From positions 1 to 48,307 of the forward strand of contig JAUCBJ010002331.1 of assembly GCA_032718475.1 (NCBI GenBank): 48,307 bases of DNA. The letters are read 5' to 3'. The notes under the pieces are model-generated. The model did not search any database, was not told the DNA's origin, and saw only the letters and a program-made list of their open reading frames with translations. This stretch comes from Nemertoderma westbladi (taxonomy: Eukaryota; Animalia; Xenacoelomorpha). Positions 1-12,177 of the stretch are shown here, in pieces (the stretch's first letter is position 1; every line of letters begins with the position of its first letter). The translations under genes and the position numbers were made by a program.

Positions 1-238
1 TGAAATGGACGTTTGGGAAAAGGTATATTTACGTTAAAGGGAATATTTGTGCTGAAACTGATTGAGGAAGGGCCATAATACATATAATTGCAAAAATTAT
101 TTACGATGTGAGGTAGACGGTTGTGGGTGAAAGCATCATACTAGTTTACATTATCACACCTATTTAACAAAACGCAAGTCTACAACAGAGCCTATACCAA
201 CATCACACAATAAAGGACAATCCACACCCAAAGCAGAT

Positions 239-941
239 ATGAGTGAAGGGGAAATTTCGGCGATAAGTACTACAGTTACTAGTGGCCATGACGTCATCAA
301 TTATTCGCAAATAGTAATGCCAGCTGTGTGGTTATCAGTTGTACCAGTTGAATTGCATTTAAAGGATAAATTTATTACGACATTTGCACTGCTTGACCCC
401 GGGTCAACTATATCAGTAATAGATGAATCACTTGTTAAGCAGCTTGGCATAGAAATGTCTACAACTTCTTTGAATGTTAAAACTGTTTTTGAACCAGACA
501 AGGATGTAGATGTGGGGTTTACTTCGTGTGTAATGAAACCTGTTAAAGAAAAATTAGATATAGATAACGATTTCAAAATCACAATGGATAAGGTGTATGT
601 AGTGCCTAATTTTCGACATGCATACAAATATGACATAAGGAAAATTAATTTAAACTTATGGCCATTCTTAAGTGACATAGAATCTCATTTAGTTAATCCA
701 AATGTTGATGTTGGAGATGTTACAATATTGCTGGGATGCAATAAACCACGTGCATTGTTGTATGACCAACTGAGAGTTTGTAGTTCTGTTGAGGATGAAC
801 CAGTAGCAATTCGGACACCTTTCGGATGGTGTGTAAAGGCTCTGGTAGGGTCTACCCCTACAGAATCTGGTGAAAATGAAAAATTAAACTTTACAAAAAC
901 AAGAATGGCGAATGGTTCAGATGACCTGAATGTCCAGGTAA
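239..941 (+). pseudogene. pol: BEL/Pao aspartic protease region of pol
   Basis: WLSVVPVE..ALLDPGSTIS..ILLG..AIRTPFGW. The frame continues (DLNVQV-KQLLGLE) at 1263 once the solo LTR and one TSD are removed. Confidence 0.88.
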
Positions 942-1257
942 TGTGACGGGATCAGGGCATCCCGACCGGTTAGGTTTATTTACCGAGCGGATGCATTTCC
1001 TGGCTCTGATTGGCCAACAACCTAATTCTCGGCTCTCAACTCTGTGGGAGTGTTTCCCCCCTCGCTGCTGTCACTTTCCTCTCCCGGAGGTTTAACCTCT
1101 GACCTCCCTTTGTGTGGCCCTTCGGGGTTTGTTGTCCCCGTTTATTGGGTGTGTGATACGAGGTTAATTGGGGATTAACCTCGTATCCCCAATATTGCTT
1201 AAAGGTGCCACTTCCCACTTTATGGGGGTTGGTGATGCAGAATTGAATCCGCTCACA
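942..1257. mobile_element. Solo LTR (316 bp)
   Basis: TGTGA...TCACA termini flanked by 5-bp TSD GGTAA (937-941, 1258-1262). Removal restores the host pol frame. Confidence 0.9.
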
Positions 1258-1262
1258 GGTAA

Positions 1263-2950
1263 AACAATTGTTAGGTCTAGAACGTTTTCCAAATAATATA
1301 AGACAACAATATAATCTAACACCAGAGCTTGATGACGAAAATTTCGCTTATTCGCAAGATGATCTAATGGCACTAAAAATAATGAGAGAAACAACGAAGT
1401 TAGTTGATGGACGTTTCCAAATTGGAATGCTTTGGAAAACTAGGCCCCCCAAAGCTTATTAACAATTACGTTATTGCACGAGCACGTCTCGGTCATTTAT
1501 TATCTCGTCTAAAATCCAAACCGATTATCAGGAGAGAATCTAAATAACTATATGGATAAAGGATTCCTGCTGAAGCTGACGGACTCAGGATTATCTCCCG
1601 GCCCACAGAGTTACTACTTACCCCACCATTACGTGGAGAATGTTAACAAACCTGGGAGAATCAGGATTGTCAATAACGCAAATTTAATTTAATCCTAATT
1701 TAACTGAAAAAATTATAGGAGTGTTAACCAGCTTTCATCAATATCCGTAAGCCTTCACAGCAGACATTGATGGTATGTTTCATCAGGTAGGAGTACCTCC
1801 TGAGGATAGTGACAATTTACGGTTATTATGGAAACCAGAAGGATCCAACAACATAGAGATACCTATGTTATGACACGCCATATATTTGGAGCTAAGGACA
1901 GTTCATGTGTGTCCTCATATGCACTCAAGAAGTGTGGATGGGATAATAAGGATCTTTATGATCGAAATATCATTATGACTATATTGAAATCATTTTATGT
2001 AGATGATTGTGCACGCTCTGCAAAGTCGCATAAAGAATTAATAGCAATAGCTAGTGGTGTAGTAGAGATCTTAGGCAAGTATGGGTTTAGGTTAACGAAA
2101 TTTAACTCAAATTCAAAGGAATTTATAAATTCCTTACCCATAACTGAAAGGGATAATGGTATTATTGAGTTAGATTTCGATAAGTTGCCTGTTTGTAGAG
2201 TTTTGGGAGTTATATGGGATACAGAATCAGATCGAATAGTATTTCATTATAAGGAGAAGCCGGTAGGAACCACTAAGAGGGAATGTTTGGCGGTTTTGAG
2301 TTCTATTTACGACCCTTTGAACATACTTTGTCCATTCTTAATCGCCGTGTAATTATACTTCAGAGGATGTGGAAGGCAGATTTAGGTTGGAACGAAAAAC
2401 TCACTGTTAGTTTACAGAAGCAATGGAGTAAGTGGCAGGACCAGATAAAAACATTATCAAACATATCTATCCCTACCTAGGTCGTATTGTTCTGTGGACT
2501 TAGTATTGGGCAATGACGCCGTATGTGAGTTGCACCATTTTGCCGATGCTTCAGACCTAGCATATGGTTCGGTATCTTACATTCGAATTATATCGGGAAC
2601 AACCTTTACTGTCTCATATTTATTTTATAAGGGTAATATTGTACTTATAGCAAACAAGCCATCAGTAGCACGCCGAGAATTACAGGCAGCATATGATGCT
2701 GTGCTGATTAATAAACAATTGATAAATGAGTTAGAGGAACTGGAAATTAGTAGAAGTACCTTTTGGAGTGATTCAACTATTGTTTTAGGACAGATAAATA
2801 ATGATAATAGCAATTTAAGCGATTCGTAGCAAATCGGGTTCAAACCATATTGCAGTTATCAGACAGGAGCCAAAGGAGACACGTTCCTGGGGTAGATAAC
2901 CCAGCCGATGACGTTAGTCGTGGTTTGTCAGCCGGCGCCCTTTCTAAATC
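1263..2950 (+). pseudogene. pol: BEL/Pao RT and RNase H pseudogene fragments
   Basis: ORFs 1268-1462, 1828-2352, 2283-2480 and 2494-2829 are collinear with the pol at 8932-12171. Confidence 0.9.
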
Positions 2951-3044
2951 AATAAGTACGTGCGTGCCATAGTCACGGTATGATGCGTAGTTGCAGATAA
3001 GGAAACAGTTATAGACCCCGATCAGTGACAAAAAGTGTAGATTT

Positions 3045-3081
3045 GGCTTATATTTCGAACTACAGTTCTTATTCAATAGCC
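3045..3081 (-). ncRNA. Degenerate minimal hammerhead-like motif in PLE pseudo-LTR
   Basis: GGCU-a-UUGAAUAA-GAAC(ugua)GUUC-GAAA-UAUA-AGCC: stems I and II and GAAA present, CUGANGA box non-canonical. The plus-strand copy (~4178-4208) has lost the 3' strand of stem I. Confidence 0.4.
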
Positions 3082-3298
3082 CGACTCAGTTTAACAATAA
3101 GAAATTAACATACCAAAATGCACAAATCAGTGTACTGAAGCTATAGTAGCTGTACCGGTACACAGTGGCCGGATGTGGTCATGGCCTAATTATTACTACT
3201 GCACGTCATTACAATTGTGAGTATAAAATTAAACTAAACTACTGTAAAAAATATAAATTGATTGAAGAATAATGAGACCGAATTAATTGAGATCAAAT

Positions 3299-3450
3299 AT
3301 GAAAATTTTTAACAAAAATGAAAATTTTTAACAAAAATGAACATTTTTAACAAAAATGAAAATTTTTAACAAAAATGAAAATTTTTAACAAAAATGAAAA
3401 TTTTTAACAAAAATGAAAATTTTTAACAAAAATGAAAATTTTTAACAAAA
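3299..3450. repeat. 19-bp tandem repeat, 8 copies (ATGAAAATTTTTAACAAAA)
   Basis: Directly visible. Only about 3 copies in the opposite inverted arm. Confidence 0.95.
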
Positions 3451-4270
3451 TTGAAAAAATAAAAAATATATAAAGCAAGTCGCATCCCCTTTCCCGATAA
3501 ATTCCAACACAAGGCTCCCGAGGCCACTGGAAGAATCGAACAAAATCTCGAAAATCTCCAACAACGAATCATAGGAATATACCAGAGGATTACTCCTTCC
3601 AACTGCGTTCCACCATCCAACTTAACCAAACTCGAACTAACGGCACTGCGAGATTTAAAGAAAGATACAAATATCATTATAAAAAAGGCAGACAAGGGCG
3701 GAGGAATCGCAGTTATTCGACCGACAAAAACGCGACTTGTTACACTTGCACACACGGGGTACCTATATGCACCCAAAAAAAACGTAGTGTATCATATACA
3801 ATGTAATTTAAGTACAGACGACTACATAGGAGAGACATACAGCCACGCCAGGGAATATATCTCCAAACACCGCAACGCTATACGCTCGCAAAAAAACTTT
3901 TTCAATTTTGTTAAAAAATTTATTTTTGTTAAAAATTTTCATTTTTGTTAAAAATGTTCATATTTGATCTCAATTAATTCCGTCTCATTATTCTTCAATC
4001 AATTTATATTTTTTACAGTAGTTTAGTTTAATTTAAACTCACAATTGTAATGACGTGCAGTAGTAATAATTAGGCCATGACCACATCCGGCCACTGTGTA
4101 CCGGTACAGCTACTGTAGCTTCAGTACACTGATTTGTGCATTTTGGTATGTTAATTTCTTATTGTTAAACTGAGTCAGGCAATTGAATAAGAACTGTAGT
4201 TCGAAATACACTTTTTGTCACTGATCGGTCTATAACTGTTTCCCTTTCTAAATCGGTAATGTGGTTTTAT

Positions 4271-4458
4271 ACCACTACTATTAAACTAATGGGGCAGCTA
4301 CAATACCACTACTATTAAACCACTGGGGCAGCTACAATACCACTACTATTAAACCACTGGGGCAGCTACAATACCACTACTATTAAACCACTGGGGCAGC
4401 TACAATACCACTACTATTAAACTAATGGGGCAGCTACAATACCACTACTATTAAACCA
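4271..4458. repeat. 34-bp minisatellite, about 5.5 copies
   Basis: Unit ACCACTACTATTAAAC(CAC/TAA)TGGGGCAGCTACAAT, head to tail, no spacers. Confidence 0.95.
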
Positions 4459-4769
4459 TGATTCCATGATTACATGAAACATGATTCCATGATTAATATT
4501 AACATATGGATCACTTATAATGAAATAATATGGAACACTGAAATACCTTATGTCAAATAAGGTATTTGGAGGTCATCTAGACTCATCCTGACTGAGGAAC
4601 TCGGGACCCGTAAACATGATCACCAATATAAAGGACATTGGTACTAACGAGGACGAAAATTCCGAGAATCTTATTGATATTGGCAAGATACATTAACAGA
4701 GTCATTGAACTTTAAGTATACCAAAGGTAAAGACGGAGGGTAATAGTAGCGTCCCTCAAAACAACATTC

Positions 4770-5832
4770 CTCTTGATACCCTAATTAGTAAATATTCATC
4801 TTGGAATAAATTACGGTTGATGTGTGCGTGGTTAATACGACTGTACAAATATTCTACAGATGCAAGTTATATTAATCACATTAAGGGTAAATTAATATCC
4901 GTTGAAGAAATGAATAACGCAGGTGTTCTATGCACAATCACAGTTATTTTCCAAGGAAATTAAGGCAATTAAATCGGGCTCAAATGTTTCAGTTTCTAGT
5001 AATATTTCTAAATTGTGCCCATTTATTTCAGGAGAGGGTTTATTGCGGGTTGGAAGCCGCATTTGTAAGGCTCCAATTTCATATGACTCAGCCTACCCTA
5101 TCATTATTGATAAGTCACATATCATAGTTCGTGTTTTAATACTTAGTACACACCTAGCATTATTTAATGCTAGTTACAAAAAGTGCTTATCAAATTACGT
5201 GAATCGCATCACATTAACAATCTACAAATTTATGTAGACAAATTATTTCTAGGTGTTTCATTTGCAGGAAGGTGAAGGCAAGGAGATTAAATCAGATTAT
5301 GACGGGGCTACCTGTGAGTTGACTAACACCCTATTATCCACCATTTTACTTTACAGGTTTAGACATGGGGGGAGTTTATGAAAGGCTAATTTAAATTGCC
5401 AAGAATGTATTGAAATCTACAGTATATTGCAAAGCAGACTAGTAAATGATGACGTTTTGCATACTATGTGTCTAGAAGTTGAGAGCATAGTCAACGGGAG
5501 ACCTTTATGCACCGTGACTAACGACCCTGATTCGGATGAAGTACTCACACCGAATCATTTCCTATTACAACGGCCAGTGTATAATTTACCACTGGGCCTA
5601 CCTACTTATGAAAGTGATATGTGGTCGCGGCGCACCTGGCGCCAGGCACAACTATTGTCAACGTTATTTTGGAACCGTTGGTATCCAGAATTTTTTTCAC
5701 TGACTTAATGACTCGCCCAAAATGGTTGTGCGTTTGGCGAAACCTGAAAGTCAATGACATCGTTTTAATTGTTGATAATATGCAACCAAGAAGCCGTTGG
5801 TTGTGGGGTCGAGTAACTAAAAATCTGCCTCA
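4770..5832 (+). pseudogene. pol: BEL/Pao post-RNase H linker and integrase pseudogene
   Basis: ISKYSSWNKLRLMCAWLIRL, LCPFISGEGLLRVGSRI, PPFYFTGLD, then a deletion, then VNGRPL/LTPNHFL/W..GRVTK. Confidence 0.85.
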
Positions 5833-6263
5833 ATGTCGTTATTGGATGATGGGAGCTCATACCTATGAATAAGAACACAGTTCCTCTGCGAGTATTGTTC
5901 CTGCTCATCTATTGCTTCTGCTAGTTGGCATATGGTTCGAGAAATATTTGAAAGTTTACCATAGATTGCTGTAATGTCTGTCGAAAATCGCCTATATCAC
6001 GACTAATAGCTTTGTAGACGTTTTGGCATATTGAATCTACGGTTTTGTCATCAATATGGAGGTTATGGTTACTTAGTGTGGCTTTACTTTTATATACCAT
6101 TTATTTCTTTGGTGACTATGTCCCGTATAATATGGTCAAGGTTTTCCATAGACCCAGCAACTATTTCGTGCTCTTCATTGATATCCGATCGGAGTTGGCT
6201 AAGGGACTCTGTCATCTGATGAAGAGGACTATAGTTGTTGTTAGTGGATATCCCGGCCACCAT
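5833..6263 (-). pseudogene. Non-LTR ORF1-like coiled-coil/RRM fragment
   Basis: Minus-strand translation LAEAIDEQEQYSQRNCVLIHRYE resembles the EQYSRRNxxxIHG motif of LINE ORF1-type proteins. ATG at 6263; internal stops. Confidence 0.5.
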
Positions 6264-6459
6264 AAAAATTACCGTATATTTAGTTATATAAAATCAAGGT
6301 ACCGGTAGCAGTTTCATCTACCGCTACCACCGGTACTGGTAGTATTCATATAGTCAGACTGTCTGTATAAACAGTCCTTAATAGTCGCCTCTTTCACAGT
6401 CTTTCAATTGTTTCCTCTTTTACGGTATGCTAGCCAAGAAAGGGGCTTCCCACTGAATT

Positions 6460-6720
6460 TTAATGTGAAAATCGCAATTGCTTCCAGATCAAATTATATT
6501 TGGATTCTCCAAGAGTGTTATTTAAAAGTTCTTTGGCTTCATCATATGTTTTCACTGCAGCGATTATCTCTGCCTGTTCTGTTGGCAGTAGAGTAAAGAG
6601 TTTGTTAATCCTTTGGTCCTCCTCAATTTTCTTAATGACAAAGTGTGCCTCCAGTTGACGGAACCAAATGGTAGGTTTCTGTAGTGAGAACGGTGGTAGG
6701 AAATTATTATATGATGCCAT
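6460..6720 (-). pseudogene. gag: Gypsy-type gag N-terminal fragment
   Basis: LPPFSLQKPTIWFRQLEAHF..YDEAKELLNNTLGES resembles the LPPF..P..WF.Q.EA.F gag motif. Its leader continues beyond the BEL insertion to a PBS at 17251-17264. Confidence 0.7.
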
Positions 6721-6758
6721 ACCAATAGGTAGGTAAGTTGGGTTAATGTTATGGGAAG

Positions 6759-7714
6759 TGTTCCGGATATTGAGAGAAAACCACCAGGTTTTAACTTAGC
6801 GGTGTTTACCTACAGGCTAAGGGGGTTCGCGACCTGGTTGAACGAGAATTTGTAAGTTTTACAGGAATTTACAGTATTAACGTTCATCAATTCCGCAGTA
6901 AAGGTTGACCGATCGGCATATATTCAAGATATGGAAGTAAGGCGTAAGGGAATGTAATTCTAGGTATTGACTGATTGAGAAACAATAAAGAATATAAAAA
7001 ACTTTCAACATCTATATATTTCTGAATCCGTACCGGTATGACAGTCTTACTTTCCCTGGAGCAGTAATAGCACAACAGTACAATTAGCCCGTAATAGCCT
7101 ATTAGGCGTTCCTACATTCTGACATTCTGATATTTCGTTGGAATATTGAATATATACATGAATATAAACACATTTGGTAAAAAAGAGTATTGCGAACCCA
7201 CAGGTTTTTAGCCCTGTTTTATGGATGGGCGGATGGGTGCTAATATACCAAGTTTTATTATCTTGGTATACTGCGGACAATACTGCCTTAATAATATTTT
7301 AGCTCTGCGTACCTATTAATAACTGTAGTTAGGATGCTGCAGTATTAAACTGTAAAGCAGTAACCTGACTACTGGTACAGAGCTGTACTACTGACGTGGG
7401 TAATTAATTATAATCCTAAATCAGTAGCAGTGATTCAGTCTTCTGTCAATATATAAGACATTCAGACATGTGAATAATGATTACTGGCAATACTGGTTAT
7501 TGGATTGCCGAGTACTGTATATTTTTATTTCTTTCTATATTGCAATATAATTGGTATCATTCCTACCGGATAAGCTAAGCTAAGGCGAATCCTGGTTGAC
7601 CTTCAATATATCTCTGTTTGTAATAGAATCACACGGTGTGTTAATTATTAATAAAGTCGGGTAAACCAATGATTGTTGACTCATTATTATTGAGTCTTTG
7701 CAACTTACGGCACA
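6759..7714 (-). repeat. 3' LTR of element 1
   Basis: Direct repeat of 16215-17170. Confidence 0.97.
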
Positions 7715-7724
7715 GTCCCCCTTG
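7715..7724 (-). promoter_or_regulatory. Polypurine tract of element 1
   Basis: CAAGGGGGAC immediately before the 3' LTR on the minus strand. Confidence 0.8.
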
Positions 7725-8515
7725 ATATTCTAAATGAGTATCACTATTTTTTTTTGGAGCTGTTAGTTGCAAATCAGAAGTGATGCTAATTTTTATCGGG
7801 TACATAAAGCCGCAGCGTGCAATGCTAATCACCCATCAGATGATATATGATGTTATGAATTGAACAAACTTGTTACAAACAGGATACAATTAAACAGAGT
7901 GAATCTAAAAAGTACTCGAAAGTACGAATGGATGAATGATGGGGCAACTGCTGAAGTCAATAAAGTCCCGTTATTTAATAATGTGAATGATTAGATTAAT
8001 TTTATCATGGTATCCCGCTTTGCTGTACGTATGCTGAAAATACAGCATTGCGTTTTTTTTTGTTTTTTAGTACCGTATGTGATTCCATTTAAAACTAAAA
8101 TACATCGAATGCCAACTTTTCAGGAAGAGTACCAATTTATTGCGGTGTTACATCTTAATCGTTTAATATATTTTATGGAAGTCCTGATATGAATTATATT
8201 CTGACAGAAATACTTTCACATTTTCTTTCACGAACTAAAAATCCTTTCAAAATAATATTTTTACTTTTAGACTTTAGGTATTATTTTTTGGGCTATTTTC
8301 GTTGGGCTTCCAAAAAAATAACCTCCACCAATGTAATTATTCTACATAGAGTTAATTAATAGTAGTCTTTCTTGGGCTATCAAAAAAAAGAAATCTAATA
8401 TGCAAAAAATAACCACCACCAACTGCTCTTTCAGGGCAATACATACTAAATATACAACATACATAAACTAATACATATATGTAAAGGCAAAACGTTTCAA
8501 ATTAAGAATCTAGAG

Positions 8516-8935
8516 CTAATAATAGGATTGGGATGTAAATAGGTTCTCCTCGGATAATATATCGAACAATGCAGCAACAAGCAACTCCAAATGGACTGCA
8601 CGTGTCACTTGACAAGTGAAAATGAGTCCATAACGTTTATTTAATGATTTTGAACTACGTAACTTTCGACCTGCGACTGTGTATGGGCCGAACATGTCGG
8701 CACCACAATTTTCAAAAGGTGGGGTATGTGGAGCAAGACGTGTATCAGACAATGCGGACATTTGCTGATTAAGTGGTTTTGCTCTTACTTTACGACAGGT
8801 AACACATTTTGTTACTACTTGTCGCACTTTCTGTTGATCTCGTAAGATCCAATATCGCTTACGCAATTCTGAAACTGTAAAATTAGTTGCCATGTGACCA
8901 ACTGCATGGTGGTGATAAATAATCAATGCTGTCAC
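8516..8935 (-). pseudogene. pol: Integrase N-terminal half (HHCC and first catalytic D), truncated
   Basis: HHHAVGH..CVTC, PPFENCGADMFGP, IFTCQVTRAVHLEL, then decays. Frameshifted from pol by a 5-bp duplication at 8945-8954. Confidence 0.9.
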
Positions 8936-11900
8936 GACTGGGTGGTCAGGTCAGCAGGCAAGACTATGGGGTTCGCGGTATAATATGGTACCCCAGCTGA
9001 ACCGATACGATTTAACAAACGAATTAACCCATCGCTATCAACGAAAGGAGATAATTGATGCAAAGGACTACTTTGTTTTACTGGTAGTCCCTTGGCTAAA
9101 CCTTTGTACTCACTAGAAAAGGCAGTTTTCTGAACATAGCAACAAATTCGAATTTCAGCATTGTGAAGTTCAGAAATAGTTATATGATGCGGGTAAGATG
9201 CTCTACCCGTGCTTGACCAAATATAAAGTCGTATTAACCAAGCTACCAATAAACTCAATAAAGTCCAACTAGAATATTTGGCAATAAAATGTTCCACACG
9301 TTGATCTATATTAAAATGTTTGCCAGAAGTACTGTGACAAATAGGTTTACACTTATTAGTACAAATGGTAACACATTCGGTGGGCCTACTTGTATCCAAA
9401 CTATCAGTACAATGTATTGATTTATTTTCTAGATTATCTTTATATGTTGGTACTGTATCCTTGTTAACTTCATTGGCAGCAATCCATGAACTGAGGTCAC
9501 TGTCCCAAATAATACTAGAAGATAACATGGACAAATAAGCAGAGTTTGGTATAACAGTTTGTAGTTCTGAATCCGGAAGATTAAGTACACAATCTGTCCC
9601 CCTTTGGACGTCTTCATACTCTTCCATTAAGTCGAGATCGATATCATCAATATCAAACATAGTTATCTTTACTTCGGGGTCAGATTCACTGATGGTATAG
9701 TTGCGTTGAACGCCAGCACCTGGCCAAGAGGTTGAAGGTTGGCTAATGAATCTAGGGCCCGACCACCAACGATCACTATTGATCAATTTATCTGCTGTTA
9801 GACCACGGCTAATATCATCTGCGACATTATCTGTGCCAGGTACATGGAACCATTGATGTGGTTTAGTTCGAGTTAATATTTTGGAAACTCTGTTAGCAAC
9901 ATAACTTTTGAACGAACGGGATGAGTTTTGTATGTATCCTAAGACTATTGTGGAGTCTGTCCAACATACTTCGTTTTCTATGTGAAGTCGTAATTCTTCA
10001 TGTAATATAGCCAAAACGTCTGTAAGCAGCACCGCTGCTTCAAGTTCAAGACGTGGGATTCTTGGTTTGACGGTAATATTAACAACACGACTCTTGGAAA
10101 ATAATAGTGAGCACTGCACCTTGTCTTCGGATTCAGCACGCAGATACGCACATGCCCCATATGCGTATTCTGATGCATCCGAAAACAAGTGCAGTTGGTA
10201 AGTACAAGCAGAAGGTAAATCCTTACGTACTAAACGTGGGATATGTACCTGATGTAGTAGTGGTACTTGGGCTTCCCATTGGGACCATTGGGTTTGTAAT
10301 TTTGGGCTAATGACATCAGACCAGTCATAGCCCTCTTTCCAAATGCTTTGTAATATAAGTTTACCACAAAGAAGGAAAGGTGTGATAAGACCTAACGGAT
10401 CATAGGTGCTGGCTAACTTGCTTAAGCAACCAGCCTTCGTTAATGGTTTGGACTTCAACTCTGTATCAAAAGTAAAAGTATCAGTCTCAGGGTTCCAAAC
10501 CACACCAAGTGCTCGACTTACAGGGAGATGTTCCAAATCAAGATTCACTGTAGGAGATAAAATTGACACATCAAGTTGTTGTAAGAATGTTTTACTATTT
10601 GATATGAACTTGGTTAGATTAAAACCCCCAAGTTTAAGGCATTCAATTAAGTCCGTAGCCAATTTCACAGCATCTGGAACAGAGTCAACAGAGGGCAAAC
10701 CATCATCTACATAGAAGCTATCTTTTATAGTTTTAGCGACTTTAGATACAAAAAGATGATCGTTATCTATGCCACACTGTTCCAGAGTGCTGCAAGCTAC
10801 GCAGGAAGAATCTCTGGCCCCAAAAATGTGCCGACACATACGATAAGTGTCACACTGTTCACTGTCAGGAGGTGTCCACAGAAAGCGTAGGCTGTCGCGG
10901 TCCTTCTCTGTGACAGCGATTTGATGATACATCGCTTCAATATCACAAGAGAAGGCTATGCCACCCTCTCGGAAACGCAAGAGGACACCAATCAGAAGAC
11001 CATTTTTACAGGGTCCCTCAAGGAGTTCATTATTTAAGGATGTACCCCTGTACATTGCTGCAGCATCATTGACGATACGCAACTTTTCAGGTTTCTGAGC
11101 ATGGACTACAAATGTGTGGGGTAAGTAATAAGTCTGAGGAGTTGTCATCTTTGCATCTGCAGGAGACAACTTCTCAGCATAACCTTTAGCAATATAATTT
11201 ATGATTTGGTCATGGTATTTGATATATATATCAGGTTTGGATTTTAAACGTCGGATAAGTTGATCTAATCGTTTTTGAGCTACAGAGATGTTATTAGGCA
11301 ATCGAGGAGGCTTCTGCCTCCACAACATGCCTACGGTATATCTACCATCATGCAATTTTGTGGTTTCCTTCAAAATTTCAAGAGCTTGCTGATTGTCCCT
11401 TGACAGTACATCAGATTCACTTTCACTGTCCTTGGGCATACCATTAACTATGATACCCTCAAGACCTAGCTGTTGACGAACAGCATTGACTAGTTCAGGA
11501 CTCTCGGTGATGGAGATATGATTTAGTAGGCAAATGCTAGCAGAGGATGCAGTAGGCACTTGACCTACAATCACATAACCAAAAGGTGTATGCATTAAAC
11601 AAGGTCCATTCTCACCTACTTCACCAACAACTAGTGTTTCAGGTAGAGGACCAGCATCACGACCAATTATAACAGAAACGTCTGAAAATTCGACGTCATG
11701 ATGATTGAGATCTTTAAGATATGGTAAGAATTCAGGATAATTTGATAAATTTATCCGTGAAAGATCAGGGATTCTAGTGTGCTGAAGATTATCGAATACT
11801 AAAGCTTGAGGCACACGGACTGAGAAATGTTTTTCTACAGCTGCCCTACTATCTACATTTCGTAAAGTACATTCAGTGATGTTCACATCACAAACATGAG

Positions 11901-12171
11901 AGGTGAATACTTCTCTAATAGTCATGGGCTGTTGACTACTAGCACTGACATTCATTAAACTAAGTAGTTTATTACTCAAAACGGTATGGGTTGCACCACC
12001 ATCTATCATAGCGTAAGTTGAAATTTTTGACCCAGATATAATTACTTCTACTGGTACGACAGAGAGCCACGTTTCTACTGAAAGAGTAGGTACAGTTAAG
12101 CTAATATCTCCAGATTTATTAGAATCTAAAGAGTTTATAGATGGGTTACAATCAGACTTTGGCGATTGCAC
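8932..12171 (-). CDS. pol: BEL/Pao Pol (protease, reverse transcriptase, RNase H)
   Basis: AMIDGGAT protease; DIEAMYHQI, HIFGARDSS, FYVDD RT; LHLFSDASEYAYG, IPRLEL, WTDS, NVADDISRG RNase H. Confidence 0.95.
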   Translation of the reverse strand: MQSPKSDCNPSINSLDSNKSGDISLTVPTLSVETWLSVVPVEVIISGSKISTYAMIDGGATHTVLSNKLLSLMNVSASSQQPMTIREVFTSHVCDVNITECTLRNVDSRAAVEKHFSVRVPQALVFDNLQHTRIPDLSRINLSNYPEFLPYLKDLNHHDVEFSDVSVIIGRDAGPLPETLVVGEVGENGPCLMHTPFGYVIVGQVPTASSASICLLNHISITESPELVNAVRQQLGLEGIIVNGMPKDSESESDVLSRDNQQALEILKETTKLHDGRYTVGMLWRQKPPRLPNNISVAQKRLDQLIRRLKSKPDIYIKYHDQIINYIAKGYAEKLSPADAKMTTPQTYYLPHTFVVHAQKPEKLRIVNDAAAMYRGTSLNNELLEGPCKNGLLIGVLLRFREGGIAFSCDIEAMYHQIAVTEKDRDSLRFLWTPPDSEQCDTYRMCRHIFGARDSSCVACSTLEQCGIDNDHLFVSKVAKTIKDSFYVDDGLPSVDSVPDAVKLATDLIECLKLGGFNLTKFISNSKTFLQQLDVSILSPTVNLDLEHLPVSRALGVVWNPETDTFTFDTELKSKPLTKAGCLSKLASTYDPLGLITPFLLCGKLILQSIWKEGYDWSDVISPKLQTQWSQWEAQVPLLHQVHIPRLVRKDLPSACTYQLHLFSDASEYAYGACAYLRAESEDKVQCSLLFSKSRVVNITVKPRIPRLELEAAVLLTDVLAILHEELRLHIENEVCWTDSTIVLGYIQNSSRSFKSYVANRVSKILTRTKPHQWFHVPGTDNVADDISRGLTADKLINSDRWWSGPRFISQPSTSWPGAGVQRNYTISESDPEVKITMFDIDDIDLDLMEEYEDVQRGTDCVLNLPDSELQTVIPNSAYLSMLSSSIIWDSDLSSWIAANEVNKDTVPTYKDNLENKSIHCTDSLDTSRPTECVTICTNKCKPICHSTSGKHFNIDQRVEHFIAKYSSWTLLSLLVAWLIRLYIWSSTGRASYPHHITISELHNAEIRICCYVQKTAFSSEYKGLAKGLPVKQSSPLHQLSPFVDSDGLIRLLNRIGSAGVPYYTANPIVLPADLTTQS

Positions 12172-12177
12172 GCCTAG

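Larger units (their letters stand above)
2951..4241 (+). mobile_element. Internally deleted Penelope-like element with inverted pseudo-LTRs
   Basis: Inverted arms ~3001-3457 and ~3898-4243. Plus-strand core encodes NLTKLELTALRDLKKDTNIIIKKADKGGGIAV (PLE pre-RT motif) joined to NVVYHIQC..DYIGET (GIY-YIG). Flanking 13-bp duplication CCCTTTCTAAATC (2938-2950, 4242-4254). Confidence 0.85.
1..5832 (+). mobile_element. Degenerate BEL/Pao LTR retrotransposon internal region (gag C-terminus, protease, RT, RNase H, integrase), interrupted by insertions
   Basis: Zinc-knuckle remnant at the start (CEVDGCG*KHHTSLH). Protease ALLDPGS (239-946). RT HIFGAKDSS and FYVDD (1828-2352). RNase H LHHFADASDLAYG (2494-2829), NPADDVSRG (~2900). 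Integrase C-terminus VESIVNGRPL..LTPNHFL..FWNRW (5427-5832). Many stops and frameshifts; no LTR in the window. Confidence 0.93.

Noticed and set aside
4271-4458. CRISPR-like 34-bp repeats
   Set aside because: Head-to-tail units with no unique spacers, no cas genes, eukaryotic context.
6887-7280. Duplicated small ORFs (also 16343-16736)
   Set aside because: They lie within the LTRs, are duplicated only for that reason, and have no recognisable motif.
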